From: a virus
DNA length: 64,000 bases
Direction: 5' to 3' (one strand)
Virus record (IMG/VR): IMGVR_UViG_3300037010_001275
Location: 30,985 to 94,984 of that record
Shown: positions 40,592-49,676 of the stretch, one piece after another
Position numbering within the stretch: the stretch's first letter is position 1
Layout of the letters: each line of letters begins with the position of its first letter
Position numbers and translations under genes: made by a program
The notes under the pieces: generated by a model
Told to the model about the DNA's origin: nothing
What the model saw: only the letters and a program-made list of their open reading frames with translations
Databases searched by the model: none

Positions 40592-40704
40592 ATTACAAAA
40601 AAAAAAGACTGTACCCATAACTGGGTACAGTCCTTCCTAAGTCAAATCATGCGCCTTATACGCCTTTTTGACGAGGTATCATGATATATGATAAGATCAT
40701 TTAT

Positions 40705-41589
40705 TTAATCACACGCCCGATGCATCAATGGCGTCCGCTGTAGGGTGAATCCGTTCGACTCCATGATACTTTTATGGATAACAAGCCTAGCCCGCGCTTG
40801 GTCGGGGAAGCGAGGGTGAGCGTGCTTTACAATGTACGCCCGGTCGTGGCTAATATTGCTGGTCATGACCACCCCATCTCCAGGCGTTGCTTCGACAACG
40901 AAGACGACGCCGTCGCTCCGTTGAACGCGCTGCTGTGCAAAGTACTTGTCCCTGCTCCAGTCAGTACCTTCATACATCGCGTACCAGCCGTTCTCGTCTT
41001 CGCGGGCGACGATGTTGACGCCTCCAGCAATCTCAGCCAGGAGATCGTCGAGAAAGTTCTTCTCATCGAAGTCCGACCAAGAGAAGATCCCGCAGAGCTT
41101 GTCCTCGAGATCTCTGGCTAAGCCCTGCTGGATTGCAATGTCGTAGATGAGAGCGAGGGGATTCTTGCTCGGTCCTTCCCAAGCCTCAGCGTCATAAATG
41201 ATATCTCCGAACAGACAATTTTGTAGGAAAGTATCTGCTGTCTCTGCATCGAAGGACCCGTCGAGGATCTCAGCGATGCACTGCGGATACTTCTCGTAAA
41301 GTAGATTGAAGCCCTTCTGGATGGACTCGTGTTTAAAGACAGCTGGTTCTTTGTTCTTCAAGCTTACGCGGAATTCCAGCTCCGGGTCTTCGTAGACGTT
41401 CGCGTAGGCATACCAAGGATAGTTCTTGGTGTCGCCCTTCGGCTTTAGCGCGACCTTGACAATCGAGAGGGATTCGATCCAGTAATTGCTGCCGCCTTCA
41501 AATGCGGTGATCATCAGGTTTGCCACATGCTGCGCGCTGATAGTCGTCTCGGCCTTGGCAGAAAATTTGGTTTCAGATTTTTCGCTCAT
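40705..41589 (-). CDS. Hypothetical protein, paralog A
   Basis: Aligns by eye with 42294-43190 (YPWYAYA.VYEDPELEF; DKYFAQQ.V.R.DG.VF.VEATP). Confidence 0.75.
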   Translation of the reverse strand: MSEKSETKFSAKAETTISAQHVANLMITAFEGGSNYWIESLSIVKVALKPKGDTKNYPWYAYANVYEDPELEFRVSLKNKEPAVFKHESIQKGFNLLYEKYPQCIAEILDGSFDAETADTFLQNCLFGDIIYDAEAWEGPSKNPLALIYDIAIQQGLARDLEDKLCGIFSWSDFDEKNFLDDLLAEIAGGVNIVAREDENGWYAMYEGTDWSRDKYFAQQRVQRSDGVVFVVEATPGDGVVMTSNISHDRAYIVKHAHPRFPDQARARLVIHKSIMESNGFTLQRTPLMHRACD

Positions 41590-41646
41590 ATTGTTTCCTT
41601 TCTTAATTTAAATTAAGGAAGACCATTTGACCTTCTCCGCCGATGA

Positions 41647-41988
41647 TTACTTCTCAGAGATTATGACGTCGGTATATTCGAGACCGTTGTAGTTCCACAA
41701 ACCATTCTGCTTGATGACTGCAAGGTCCTCGATGACCTCCCCATCTGGAGATGCGGCGCGTAAACTCGAGTAGGTGAGCTGGACGTAGGCAAAAGGTCCG
41801 ATCTCGTCGCTCCAATTGTCATTCACAACATTTTCAAAGTGAATCCATATTGAGTGATTGCGAATCTGCTTGATCTTGATTTTTTGGATTCGGTAAATAT
41901 ACAAGATGAATTCTGCCGCGCTATAACCAAAGAACGCACCAATGAAAGCTGCTATAGCGCTGATGATGGTGATGATGATGTTATTCAT
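41647..41988 (-). CDS. Small membrane-anchored hypothetical protein
   Basis: GGAGG RBS; N-terminal TM helix. Confidence 0.65.
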   Translation of the reverse strand: MNNIIITIISAIAAFIGAFFGYSAAEFILYIYRIQKIKIKQIRNHSIWIHFENVVNDNWSDEIGPFAYVQLTYSSLRAASPDGEVIEDLAVIKQNGLWNYNGLEYTDVIISEK

Positions 41989-42293
41989 ACTTAACCTCCA
42001 ATATGTGATTATGCTGTGGACCGTACCAATTAGTAGTCATCGGCTACAAGACATCCGATAGAACTACAGTCTGATTATATATGTATCTATAGTTCATTGC
42101 TTGTGTCAGTTGAATGACCGATTTGCATCTATATTGTATATATTGTACACGAGGAGCTGCACTGGGTCATACAAAATGTCAATGGATTAATGATGGTTCC
42201 GCTCATAACAGGCATGGATTTCAAAAAAAAAAGACCGTACCCGAAATTGGGTACGGTCTTTCTTAGGCCAAATCATGCGTGTTACATGATCTT

Positions 42294-43190
42294 TCATGAT
42301 AAAAATATTTGACTAGCCGTTTTATACATCAGCGTGTATGTATACAACATGTCATATTCATCAGACTCCATGATGTTTTTTGGAATGATGAACCTGGCTC
42401 GCACTTGTTCAGGTAAACTAGGGTAAGCGTACTTTACGATATACGCTGAGGCTTGGCCTTTTTCGTCGTTAATAACAACCCCATCTTCAGGCGTTGCTTC
42501 AACAATGAATACAGTGCCATCCCTTCGCTCAACATATTGCTGCGCGAAGTATTTGTCGCCCATCCAGTCTCCATTATTATACTTAACAGCGAACCATTTA
42601 CTCTTATTTTTATCATAGAGGTTCTTGTATTTGTAAACAACGATATTGATATTTCTGGCCAAAATATCGTTGAAGGAGCCTCTCCCATTAAAACTACGCG
42701 AAAAGAAGGTCTCGAGAAGTTTGTCTTGTATGCCGTGTTTAACTGCAACGTTGCAGATAAGTTCAAGCGGGTTATCACTTGGTCCTTCTAGACGCTCGGC
42801 CATAATGGCATCTTCAAAAAGGCAGGCTTGTAGAAAGAAGTCTGCCGTATCTGAGAAATAACCATCATTAACGATTTCATTAAAATACTGTGAGTATTTC
42901 TCATGAAGTAAATTAAGGCCCTTTTGAATGGACTCGCGCCTGAAGACGACTTTCTCGCCATCCCTTGTCGTGATGATGAACTCCAATTCCGGATCTTCAT
43001 AAATCTTCGCGTAGGCATACCAAGGAAAATTGGTGCCATCATTTGGTCTTGGGGCGACCTTAATGGTCGAGAGGGATTTAACCCAATAGACACTACCGAC
43101 CTCTAATGCGGTGACCATTAGGTCAGTCACGCGCTGCGTGCTGATTTCGAAATTCTTGATAGAAAACGTGACATTGGATGTTTTGTCCAT
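42294..43190 (-). CDS. Hypothetical protein, paralog B
   Basis: AAGGAG RBS; paralog of 40705-41589, more AT-rich. Confidence 0.75.
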   Translation of the reverse strand: MDKTSNVTFSIKNFEISTQRVTDLMVTALEVGSVYWVKSLSTIKVAPRPNDGTNFPWYAYAKIYEDPELEFIITTRDGEKVVFRRESIQKGLNLLHEKYSQYFNEIVNDGYFSDTADFFLQACLFEDAIMAERLEGPSDNPLELICNVAVKHGIQDKLLETFFSRSFNGRGSFNDILARNINIVVYKYKNLYDKNKSKWFAVKYNNGDWMGDKYFAQQYVERRDGTVFIVEATPEDGVVINDEKGQASAYIVKYAYPSLPEQVRARFIIPKNIMESDEYDMLYTYTLMYKTASQIFLS

Positions 43191-43239
43191 AATATTCTCC
43201 TTCCTTTCTTGGTTGAAATTAGGAAAGGCTAAATGGCCT

Positions 43240-43390
43240 TACCTATTGGTAATTACGACTTCGGTATACCGAAGTCGTAAGTAATAGTTCCACAAGCCAT
43301 TTCGCTTGATGACTTCTTCATTCGGATTCAAGGTACATAAATTCGAGTAGACGAGATTGTCATACCCGAATATCTGATTGGGCTTCATGA
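43240..43390 (-). pseudogene. Decayed copy of the 41647-41988 gene
   Basis: Retains TAGTTCCACAA.CCATT...GCTTGATGACT homology (VIK.NGLWNY) but no intact ORF. Confidence 0.6.
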
Positions 43391-43869
43391 ACACACCAGT
43401 TAATAGTCATTAGTTATAAGACTTCTGAGGGCTACAGTTTAATTATATATGTATACGTAGTTCGCTATCTCATTTTTGTTAGTTGGACGACCAGTTCGCA
43501 TCTACATAGTACGCTGAAAAGCTACGTTGGATCATAGAAAAATGTTGATCCAAGAAACCATTATATAGCTTCTCGGTAAGAGAGCTCCGTTATTCCGAGC
43601 CAGTAGTTCGATGACGTAATAAAATACAGTTATGCTATGAACACCAAGCTGAGGGTACTAATATGAAATGACCCCAAGGCGATCACTCTGTCAATAAAGT
43701 ACTCAATAAACACGAGTAATAGCCTAAAGGCCGAGTCGGTTCTAGCTAGTCGGATGCGTCTACGTTGAACTTTTATATTAATAAGGATGGTAAGAATCTC
43801 CATTCAGAGTACCTTAAGGTACTTGAGACCACCAAATGAGCTACGTAACATGTATAGGAGGTAATCGAA

Positions 43870-44214
43870 ATGAATGTCAATGAGCAGATCGAGTGGTTGC
43901 TAAGTGAATCTTTCTATAGAGTAGGTGTATCTAATATAGCCGGTAAAGGAACCTTTGCGACTTCTTTTCTGAAGGCAGGTACGGACATCGGTGTTGCCTT
44001 CCGCAAGAAGTCTTCGACCGGGAACGCTGACAAGGACTATTCGAGGACTGAGCTAGGTGCCATGACGAACCACTCCTCCGAACCTAACATGAATGTGGTG
44101 AGAAAGGGCGACTCGTACCACTTCGTGACCAAGGTGGATATCGTTAAGGGTACCGAGCTTACCGTGAATTACAACCAATTCGATTTTGAAGGTAAAAGGG
44201 ATTTCGCTAAATGA
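43870..44214 (+). CDS. Minimal SET-domain protein (putative lysine methyltransferase)
   Basis: SNIAGKGTFA, MTNHSSEPN and DIVKGTELTVNY are the three SET signature motifs; GGAGG RBS. Confidence 0.88.
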   Translation: MNVNEQIEWLLSESFYRVGVSNIAGKGTFATSFLKAGTDIGVAFRKKSSTGNADKDYSRTELGAMTNHSSEPNMNVVRKGDSYHFVTKVDIVKGTELTVNYNQFDFEGKRDFAK

Positions 44215-44342
44215 GCAAAGAAGAGATGAAGTGTAGGATCCTTGAGCTACTTGACAGGAGGGTTCTTGTCAGCTTCAACCCCACTTCTCTTGAGCAATAG
44301 ATTGGGTAAACCTCCTACAACCGAGAGGCTGTAGGAGGTTTC

Positions 44343-45722
44343 TTATATTTCTGTCATGAACTCTTCGATGTCGAAGGTTCCAGTCTTCACAGAGAGGCTG
44401 TGGAATGCTTTAAGGGATGCGTTCAGCAATGCTGAACCAATGCTCGAGGAGGTCAGGCCAATGTTCTTGATACCGAGCTTGCCGATCATTTCGCCGGAGC
44501 ACTTGGAGCAGATCTTCGGGGTCTGGCAGAAGAACGGCGTACGCATGTCAACGGTCTTACCAACGTAACGACTCTTCGCGTCACGATCTAACAGAACAAG
44601 CTGCCCGCGTTCGACGATGTATCTGTATAAGTAGTCGTTGTAGTTCTTGTCATCCAACGTGACCTTGATCGTGTATGGAGTACCGCAGTCGGTGCCGGGA
44701 GCGTCGGCCACGACCGACTGGAAGCCAGCGTTGAACTGTTTGACCTTGTAGCCGCCTAGACGAGTGTCGATGGCGCGACCAAGAGAGCCTTGCACGGCAA
44801 TGTCGCCAGCTATCACAATCTCCTTCTTGGAAACTCCCTCGACAAGCGAGCTCGTGGCGATCGTGTACTGCGAGGCATCGTCCGATTTAGCTACGACTCC
44901 ACGGGCAATGGCGGTGGTCTTGTAGTTGCTGTTAAAACTCCCGTTCACGCCAGAGTCGAAGATCATCTTCCCGGTTGAACCCTTCTCGTCGAGAATCTGG
45001 GCAGCCTGCTTTAGGATCTTCGGCTCGACCACGTTATTGTATGCGATCACGTCATTGTTATCGATGATGTCCTTGTTCTCCTTGAAGACGTCCTCGCGGA
45101 TCTTCTTGATTTCTTTGGTCGGGCTCATCGACAACATGTCCATCGATGGGGTCATATACGGCACGAGCGTGAAGCTGAGCCAGTTAAAATTATCAATGAA
45201 TTGCTGCATAGCGTACGCCGTGATCTTACCGTCCACGAAGAGATCAGCCATCTCCTTGTAGATCTTCTCCATGTCCCCTGCGGTGAGCGTAAAGTTCTTG
45301 TAGGTTACGAACTGTTTGATGTCCACATCAAAGGCATAGTTGGCTTGAAACTTCTTCTTCGCCAGCTCGGCGTTAATCTCTTGAGCCGTCTTCTCATCCT
45401 TCGCCATCATCTTGGTGGCTTGATCACGGGCAGCGATGTCCTCCTTGCTGAAATTATCACTCGACATGTCCATGATATTGTATGTGACGAGGTTAAAGAT
45501 CAGACGACCGAAGGTTGTCTCTTGACCGTAGAGATCTTTGGCATTCTTAAAGGCGTTGAATTCGGATTCAGCCTCTTTGAGGATCTGTTCGTCAAGCACG
45601 ATCTTCGTGTTGGGTTCGAGGTGCCCGCGATCGCTCCCGGTGTTGAACACCTTATGGAGGAAGGCGCGGTCAATCATCGACGCCTTCAGTGCTAGGATCT
45701 GCCTCAGACTTTCTTTATCCAT
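44343..45722 (-). CDS. RNAP beta'-like middle subunit (probably virion RNAP)
   Basis: GGYKVK, DCGT, MRTPFFC..KICSKC.G, NIGL and LKAFHS (trigger-loop region); late promoter at 45743-45754. Confidence 0.85.
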   Translation of the reverse strand: MDKESLRQILALKASMIDRAFLHKVFNTGSDRGHLEPNTKIVLDEQILKEAESEFNAFKNAKDLYGQETTFGRLIFNLVTYNIMDMSSDNFSKEDIAARDQATKMMAKDEKTAQEINAELAKKKFQANYAFDVDIKQFVTYKNFTLTAGDMEKIYKEMADLFVDGKITAYAMQQFIDNFNWLSFTLVPYMTPSMDMLSMSPTKEIKKIREDVFKENKDIIDNNDVIAYNNVVEPKILKQAAQILDEKGSTGKMIFDSGVNGSFNSNYKTTAIARGVVAKSDDASQYTIATSSLVEGVSKKEIVIAGDIAVQGSLGRAIDTRLGGYKVKQFNAGFQSVVADAPGTDCGTPYTIKVTLDDKNYNDYLYRYIVERGQLVLLDRDAKSRYVGKTVDMRTPFFCQTPKICSKCSGEMIGKLGIKNIGLTSSSIGSALLNASLKAFHSLSVKTGTFDIEEFMTEI

Positions 45723-45853
45723 TTCGATTCTCCATATACAACTAATAGGCTGTTCCATATAAAAAAAAGGGGAGTTCGCCCGAAGTATTCTACCTCGAGC
45801 AAACTTTATCATTCTTAATGATATTCCCCTAAACCTCTCGCCATCTGATTCTC

Positions 45854-46060
45854 TCAGTCGTTGCTGAAAGATTTTTTTCGCTTTAGACGAATCTGACTCG
45901 CACGGGATAGATTCGATGCGGTCTTTAACATATTACCTCTTCGACGCACTACGGTGCCGGAGCACGGCATGACACCATGTTTTCCTGATGGTTGTTGGTT
46001 TATTGCTATTTTCAGTGGGTCATTACCCACTGAGAGCTGACCTGCCAAATACGCTAACAT
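45854..46060 (-). CDS. Small basic hypothetical protein
   Basis: AGAGGT RBS; degenerate early promoter GTAATT-N15-AGATAT at 46103-46129. Confidence 0.45.
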   Translation of the reverse strand: MLAYLAGQLSVGNDPLKIAINQQPSGKHGVMPCSGTVVRRRGNMLKTASNLSRASQIRLKRKKSFSND

Positions 46061-46164
46061 GTCGTTGCACCTCTTTCTTTAGTGATTGTAGGCAAGATAA
46101 TAATATCTGAACAACTGAGGTGCAATTACGTTTCCTCATGGCAACGTTGCCATGAGGAGATCCG

Positions 46165-46989
46165 TCAGCGGTTCTTAATTCGATCGGCCTCCGTTGCAAG
46201 GCCCTGACGTATTGTCAGGTCCCCGGTGATAAGGTTGGACTTGAGACCAGCACCGATAAGGAACACATCGAGCGTATTGAGGGCTTGACCCGAGTGAAGT
46301 ACCTTGTTCTCATAGCTGGAAACGGATGCCGTCCCGAGAGCCGAGATCTCAGATTGCATCTGGAGCTTATGGTGCAGGTTGTCTGCCCGTGCCCCTAGTA
46401 GCTCCTTGATGATGTAATTGTCTGCTTCGATACCCAGAGCACTGTTGACGATCTCCTGCTCCTGTGAGAACTCGTCGGTCGCGTTGTTCGTCGCGGCCAG
46501 CAGGGCGAGGGTGTCGGAGTCAGTAAGACGACCCGTCTTCTCGCGATCATTCAGGGAGCCAGTCAGCTTCGAGCGGGCACCGGCCTTCATGATGTCGATG
46601 TTGGAGCGGTTCTTCTTGGAGAGAATCTGCTGCATCCGCTTGATGTGGACGTACATGACTGGGACACGGAATTTCGATCGAATCGGAGTGCCATCTGGCG
46701 ACATGTGGCGGATGTAGACGTACTCCTCCAGCGGCACTTTGAGGTAATTTGCCGCGTTTTGGATGGAGTCCATTGTCACAGGCTTCTTGTCGTAAAGGTC
46801 CATCTCGACATAGAAGTTGGCATTCAAGTCGGACTTCATGCGCCGGAAATATGCCTCGAATTGCGTGTCCGACATCTCCTTGAACATCGTTTTGTACTTG
46901 TCTGCGTTCTTTCCGCTCGGATCGAGGAGGCGGAGGGTCTTGTCGACCTTCTCCTCCACGGCCTTGCGTTTCTGCTTACTTATCGCCAT
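46165..46989 (-). CDS. RNAP beta-like extreme C-terminal subunit (probably virion RNAP)
   Basis: VPVMYVHIKRMQQ, RSKLTG, GRLTDSDT and IKELLGARAD parallel the C-terminal beta motifs. Confidence 0.7.
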   Translation of the reverse strand: MAISKQKRKAVEEKVDKTLRLLDPSGKNADKYKTMFKEMSDTQFEAYFRRMKSDLNANFYVEMDLYDKKPVTMDSIQNAANYLKVPLEEYVYIRHMSPDGTPIRSKFRVPVMYVHIKRMQQILSKKNRSNIDIMKAGARSKLTGSLNDREKTGRLTDSDTLALLAATNNATDEFSQEQEIVNSALGIEADNYIIKELLGARADNLHHKLQMQSEISALGTASVSSYENKVLHSGQALNTLDVFLIGAGLKSNLITGDLTIRQGLATEADRIKNR

Positions 46990-47461
46990 CTTTGTGCTCC
47001 TTTTTTCGAAGAGACATCATGTCCCTCAGTCGACTTTCGACCCTACGCAAAGAATGCCGCATCCCCTCAGCAATACCGAGCTGAAAGACGACATCAGTGT
47101 ACAGGTTGCGGAGCGGAAGGTCCGTGACAAACTCCAGCTGGTTGGCGGCTGGAGAAGTTTCACTTTTTACAGTCTTTAGCAACGATTCAAGTTCATCTTC
47201 GGTGATCGGTGTATCAGACCTATCGAAATCATCGCCAATCTTCTGGTCTACCCTCGAGTTGTCATCGTCCCCGACCGGCAGAATCTCTTCGAATCGTATA
47301 GGAGGAAGCTTGTTGATAGCCTTAACATTAGAGCGAATAAGCCCCTCAAGATCCATTGAGGGAAGCGCGGCCAGCTGTGTCTTGATGCGTTCTTTATGAG
47401 CAAAGCCCCTCATGCTGCCGCAACATTCGTTATCCAGACGTTTTAATTTTTTCATATTCAT
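46976..47461 (-). CDS. Hypothetical protein
   Basis: ORF in operon. Confidence 0.6.
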   Translation of the reverse strand: MNMKKLKRLDNECCGSMRGFAHKERIKTQLAALPSMDLEGLIRSNVKAINKLPPIRFEEILPVGDDDNSRVDQKIGDDFDRSDTPITEDELESLLKTVKSETSPAANQLEFVTDLPLRNLYTDVVFQLGIAEGMRHSLRRVESRLRDMMSLRKKEHKDGDK

Positions 47462-47465
47462 CTAT

Positions 47466-48623
47466 TTACCTGCATTTGTGAAGAACTATGAGGTATACGA
47501 AGTACGAATATAGAGCATTGCGGTATTGCATTTTGGTAGCGATGCGGTTGGTTTGGACGTACCTCGAGCAGTGAGTAGTAAGGAGCTTATCGAGGATATC
47601 CTTCAAAGCGAGCAGGTCCTCGTTCGTGGTATTCGACACTGAGATCTGGCGGAGCGCAATAACTGCAAAGTCCTTGGAGCAAACTCGTTCAAAGATTGTC
47701 GGATTGCCCTCGCCGATCACATTGAATAGATTCAACATCATCGAGGATATCGTGGTAGGGTCCTCTTTCGTACGAATCTCATTGATCGTCTGATAGACCG
47801 TCGTAAACGACAGGTTGTTCTTTTCCGAAACGATACGTACGAGGCCCATATTGACTTTGTATGCCACGAAGTCATGCGTCACGCCGTTGGCCAGCGATTG
47901 GATAGTCTCGGACAGGTTACCCTTATCCACCATGTCACCTTCATCATCGAAGCTTCGCTCGGTGTTGAGGTAGTTCTTCTGGTCGCGGTTGCGGTAGAAC
48001 TCTTCGGCGATAGAGTTCATAATCTTGCCGATCCGGTTCTCCATCTGTGGAACGTACACAAGAAAGACCTCGTCATCGCCCTTGGCGAGTTGCTGCTTAT
48101 ACGTATCGTGGGACGTCATAACAGTGTCTTTGATGACGTTGTAGTTGTTTTGCAGCTTCTTGTACTTGAACTTGTCGCTCAAGTTGTTGATCGTGTACGC
48201 CATGATGTTCGGGTTCGGCTCGAACGGGAAGCTGCGCCGCTGCCGGGACGAAAAGAACTTCATAGCGAGGTACATGATCAGGAGCTCGCATTCGCGGTCC
48301 TTCTTCTGCAGCATAGCCTCGCGGATGCACAGAACGGACAGAATGACGAACGGCGTATTGAGAAGCTTCCAGCTTTTCTCAATCACGGTGACCTTGGAGA
48401 GTTCATGTTCGACCTCTTCTGGCTGGATGCCTGTGAAGGTAAAGATGATCTCTTGGTCCTGATTACCGAAGATTAGTCGCTTGCCGGGGTTCGAGTCAAA
48501 GATAATCTCATGGTTACGGTCGAAGTATTTCTGGATCCCGGCGATGACGTTCCTCATCCGGGTCGGGTCGGAAACCGCGCTCTTGACGCGCTGTCCGAAC
48601 GCATTCAGTAGGATGGTTGACAT
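47466..48623 (-). CDS. Conserved hypothetical late protein
   Basis: 385 aa ORF; late promoter at 48649-48660. Confidence 0.7.
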   Translation of the reverse strand: MSTILLNAFGQRVKSAVSDPTRMRNVIAGIQKYFDRNHEIIFDSNPGKRLIFGNQDQEIIFTFTGIQPEEVEHELSKVTVIEKSWKLLNTPFVILSVLCIREAMLQKKDRECELLIMYLAMKFFSSRQRRSFPFEPNPNIMAYTINNLSDKFKYKKLQNNYNVIKDTVMTSHDTYKQQLAKGDDEVFLVYVPQMENRIGKIMNSIAEEFYRNRDQKNYLNTERSFDDEGDMVDKGNLSETIQSLANGVTHDFVAYKVNMGLVRIVSEKNNLSFTTVYQTINEIRTKEDPTTISSMMLNLFNVIGEGNPTIFERVCSKDFAVIALRQISVSNTTNEDLLALKDILDKLLTTHCSRYVQTNRIATKMQYRNALYSYFVYLIVLHKCR

Positions 48624-48955
48624 CGTTGTTTCCCATTGGGTAGGTGACTAATTGACTGTTGCCGTGGATGAAATCCTTTGCCCAGATCTCGTCATTGACT
48701 GCATATACAGAACTAGCAAATGCTAGTTCCGTCTTTTTTGCTTTACTAATACCGCAGTTTTCTAGCCTTTCATCCTCTTCCTATAATATAGCATACAGTA
48801 GTTTATCAACTAGTAACGTTCCTGATGCTTATACCAGATTTCACGAATCTCATTTGGATTTTCTTTGTGGTTTATAACTACATAGCAGTCATTATGTGAG
48901 CATTCGAACAAAATAAATAAAAACCCCTTGGTCAAAGCCAAGGGGTGTCATTTTT

Positions 48956-49029
48956 TAGAGGTCCTACTCGGAATCGAACCAAGATTTACGCATTATAAGT
49001 GCGATGCTCGACCTTCGAGCTATAAGAGC
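48956..49029 (-). tRNA. tRNA-Ile(UAU)-like, imperfect
   Basis: Cloverleaf with loop CT-TAT-AA and T-loop TTCGATT; C-C mismatch in acceptor stem; ends T-CTA. Confidence 0.6.
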
Positions 49030-49044
49030 AGCTGCTAGTATTTC

Positions 49045-49120
49045 TGGTACAGCATACGAGATTCGAACTCGTGTGACCTGCGTGAAAGACAGGTATCCTA
49101 GACCACTAGATGAACGCTGC
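49045..49120 (-). tRNA. tRNA-Glu(UUC)
   Basis: Complete cloverleaf, loop CT-TTC-AC, encoded CCA. Confidence 0.92.
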
Positions 49121-49127
49121 AAGAAAA

Positions 49128-49217
49128 TGGCGGAGAAGGCGAGATTCGAACTCGCGACAAGGTTGCCCCTGTGCCACCTTTCCAGGGTGGTGACTTAAAC
49201 CGCTCATCCACCTCTCC
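49128..49217 (-). tRNA. tRNA-Ser(GGA)
   Basis: Long variable arm, loop CT-GGA-AA, G discriminator, CCA. Confidence 0.95.
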
Positions 49218-49309
49218 GGATGACCAGTACCGTATACTCTTTCAGTTGTATGGTAACTTTTAAGATCCATCTTAAAGACATTAGTTGAGCTAACTTCAAA
49301 AAAAAAAGA

Positions 49310-49382
49310 TGGAGAGAGTTAGATTTAAACTAGCGAAGCTAAGATGGTAAATTTACGGTTTTAGTCAATCACTCATTTTTCC
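49310..49382 (-). pseudogene. Decayed tRNA (Tyr-like)
   Basis: CCA end, T-loop TTTAAAT and CC-GTA-AA anticodon-like loop; stems broken. Confidence 0.35.
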
Positions 49383-49390
49383 AAGTACTC

Positions 49391-49464
49391 TGACTCCGCC
49401 TCTTGGTCGAACCAAGCTTCAAGGATTAATAATCCTTTGCCCACACCATGTTTGCTTAGGCAGA
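49391..49464 (-). pseudogene. Decayed tRNA-Asn (anticodon ATT)
   Basis: Acceptor TCTGCCT/AGGCGGA, G discriminator, TCA end, AAGGA-TTATTAA-TCCTT, T-loop shortened to 5 nt. Confidence 0.6.
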
Positions 49465-49505
49465 ATTGCGGCAAAATTGTCTACATCTAAAAAGAAAAAT
49501 GAGTA

Positions 49506-49662
49506 TGGGAGGGGGCCTTTGACAGCCCCATCCCACTAGTAAGGGAGGACATTGGGTCCCCGATGTAATATGTGAGAGGAACTAAAGCTCCTTCCCACTA
49601 AGAGGATATTGGGTCCTCGATATAATTGGGAGGAGCTCTAATAGCCCCTCCCGATAGTAAGG
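49506..49662. repeat. Alternating hairpin repeat array A-B-A-B-A
   Basis: Three TG(G/T)GA..TCCC hairpins alternate with two GAGGAyATTGGGTCCyCGATrTAAT units. Confidence 0.75.
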
Positions 49663-49676
49663 AACGCTCAGACATC

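Larger units (their letters stand above)
40597..43550 (-). repeat. Diverged tandem duplication of a ~1.4-1.6 kb cassette
   Basis: Homologous terminators (40597 and 42223), paralogous ORFs and homologous upstream non-coding blocks (about 42020-42180 vs 43395-43545). Confidence 0.8.

Noticed and set aside
37477-43687. Shared 14-mer CCAAGGCGATCACT in two intergenic regions
   Set aside because: Several 14-mer matches are expected by chance in 64 kb, and there is no flanking similarity.
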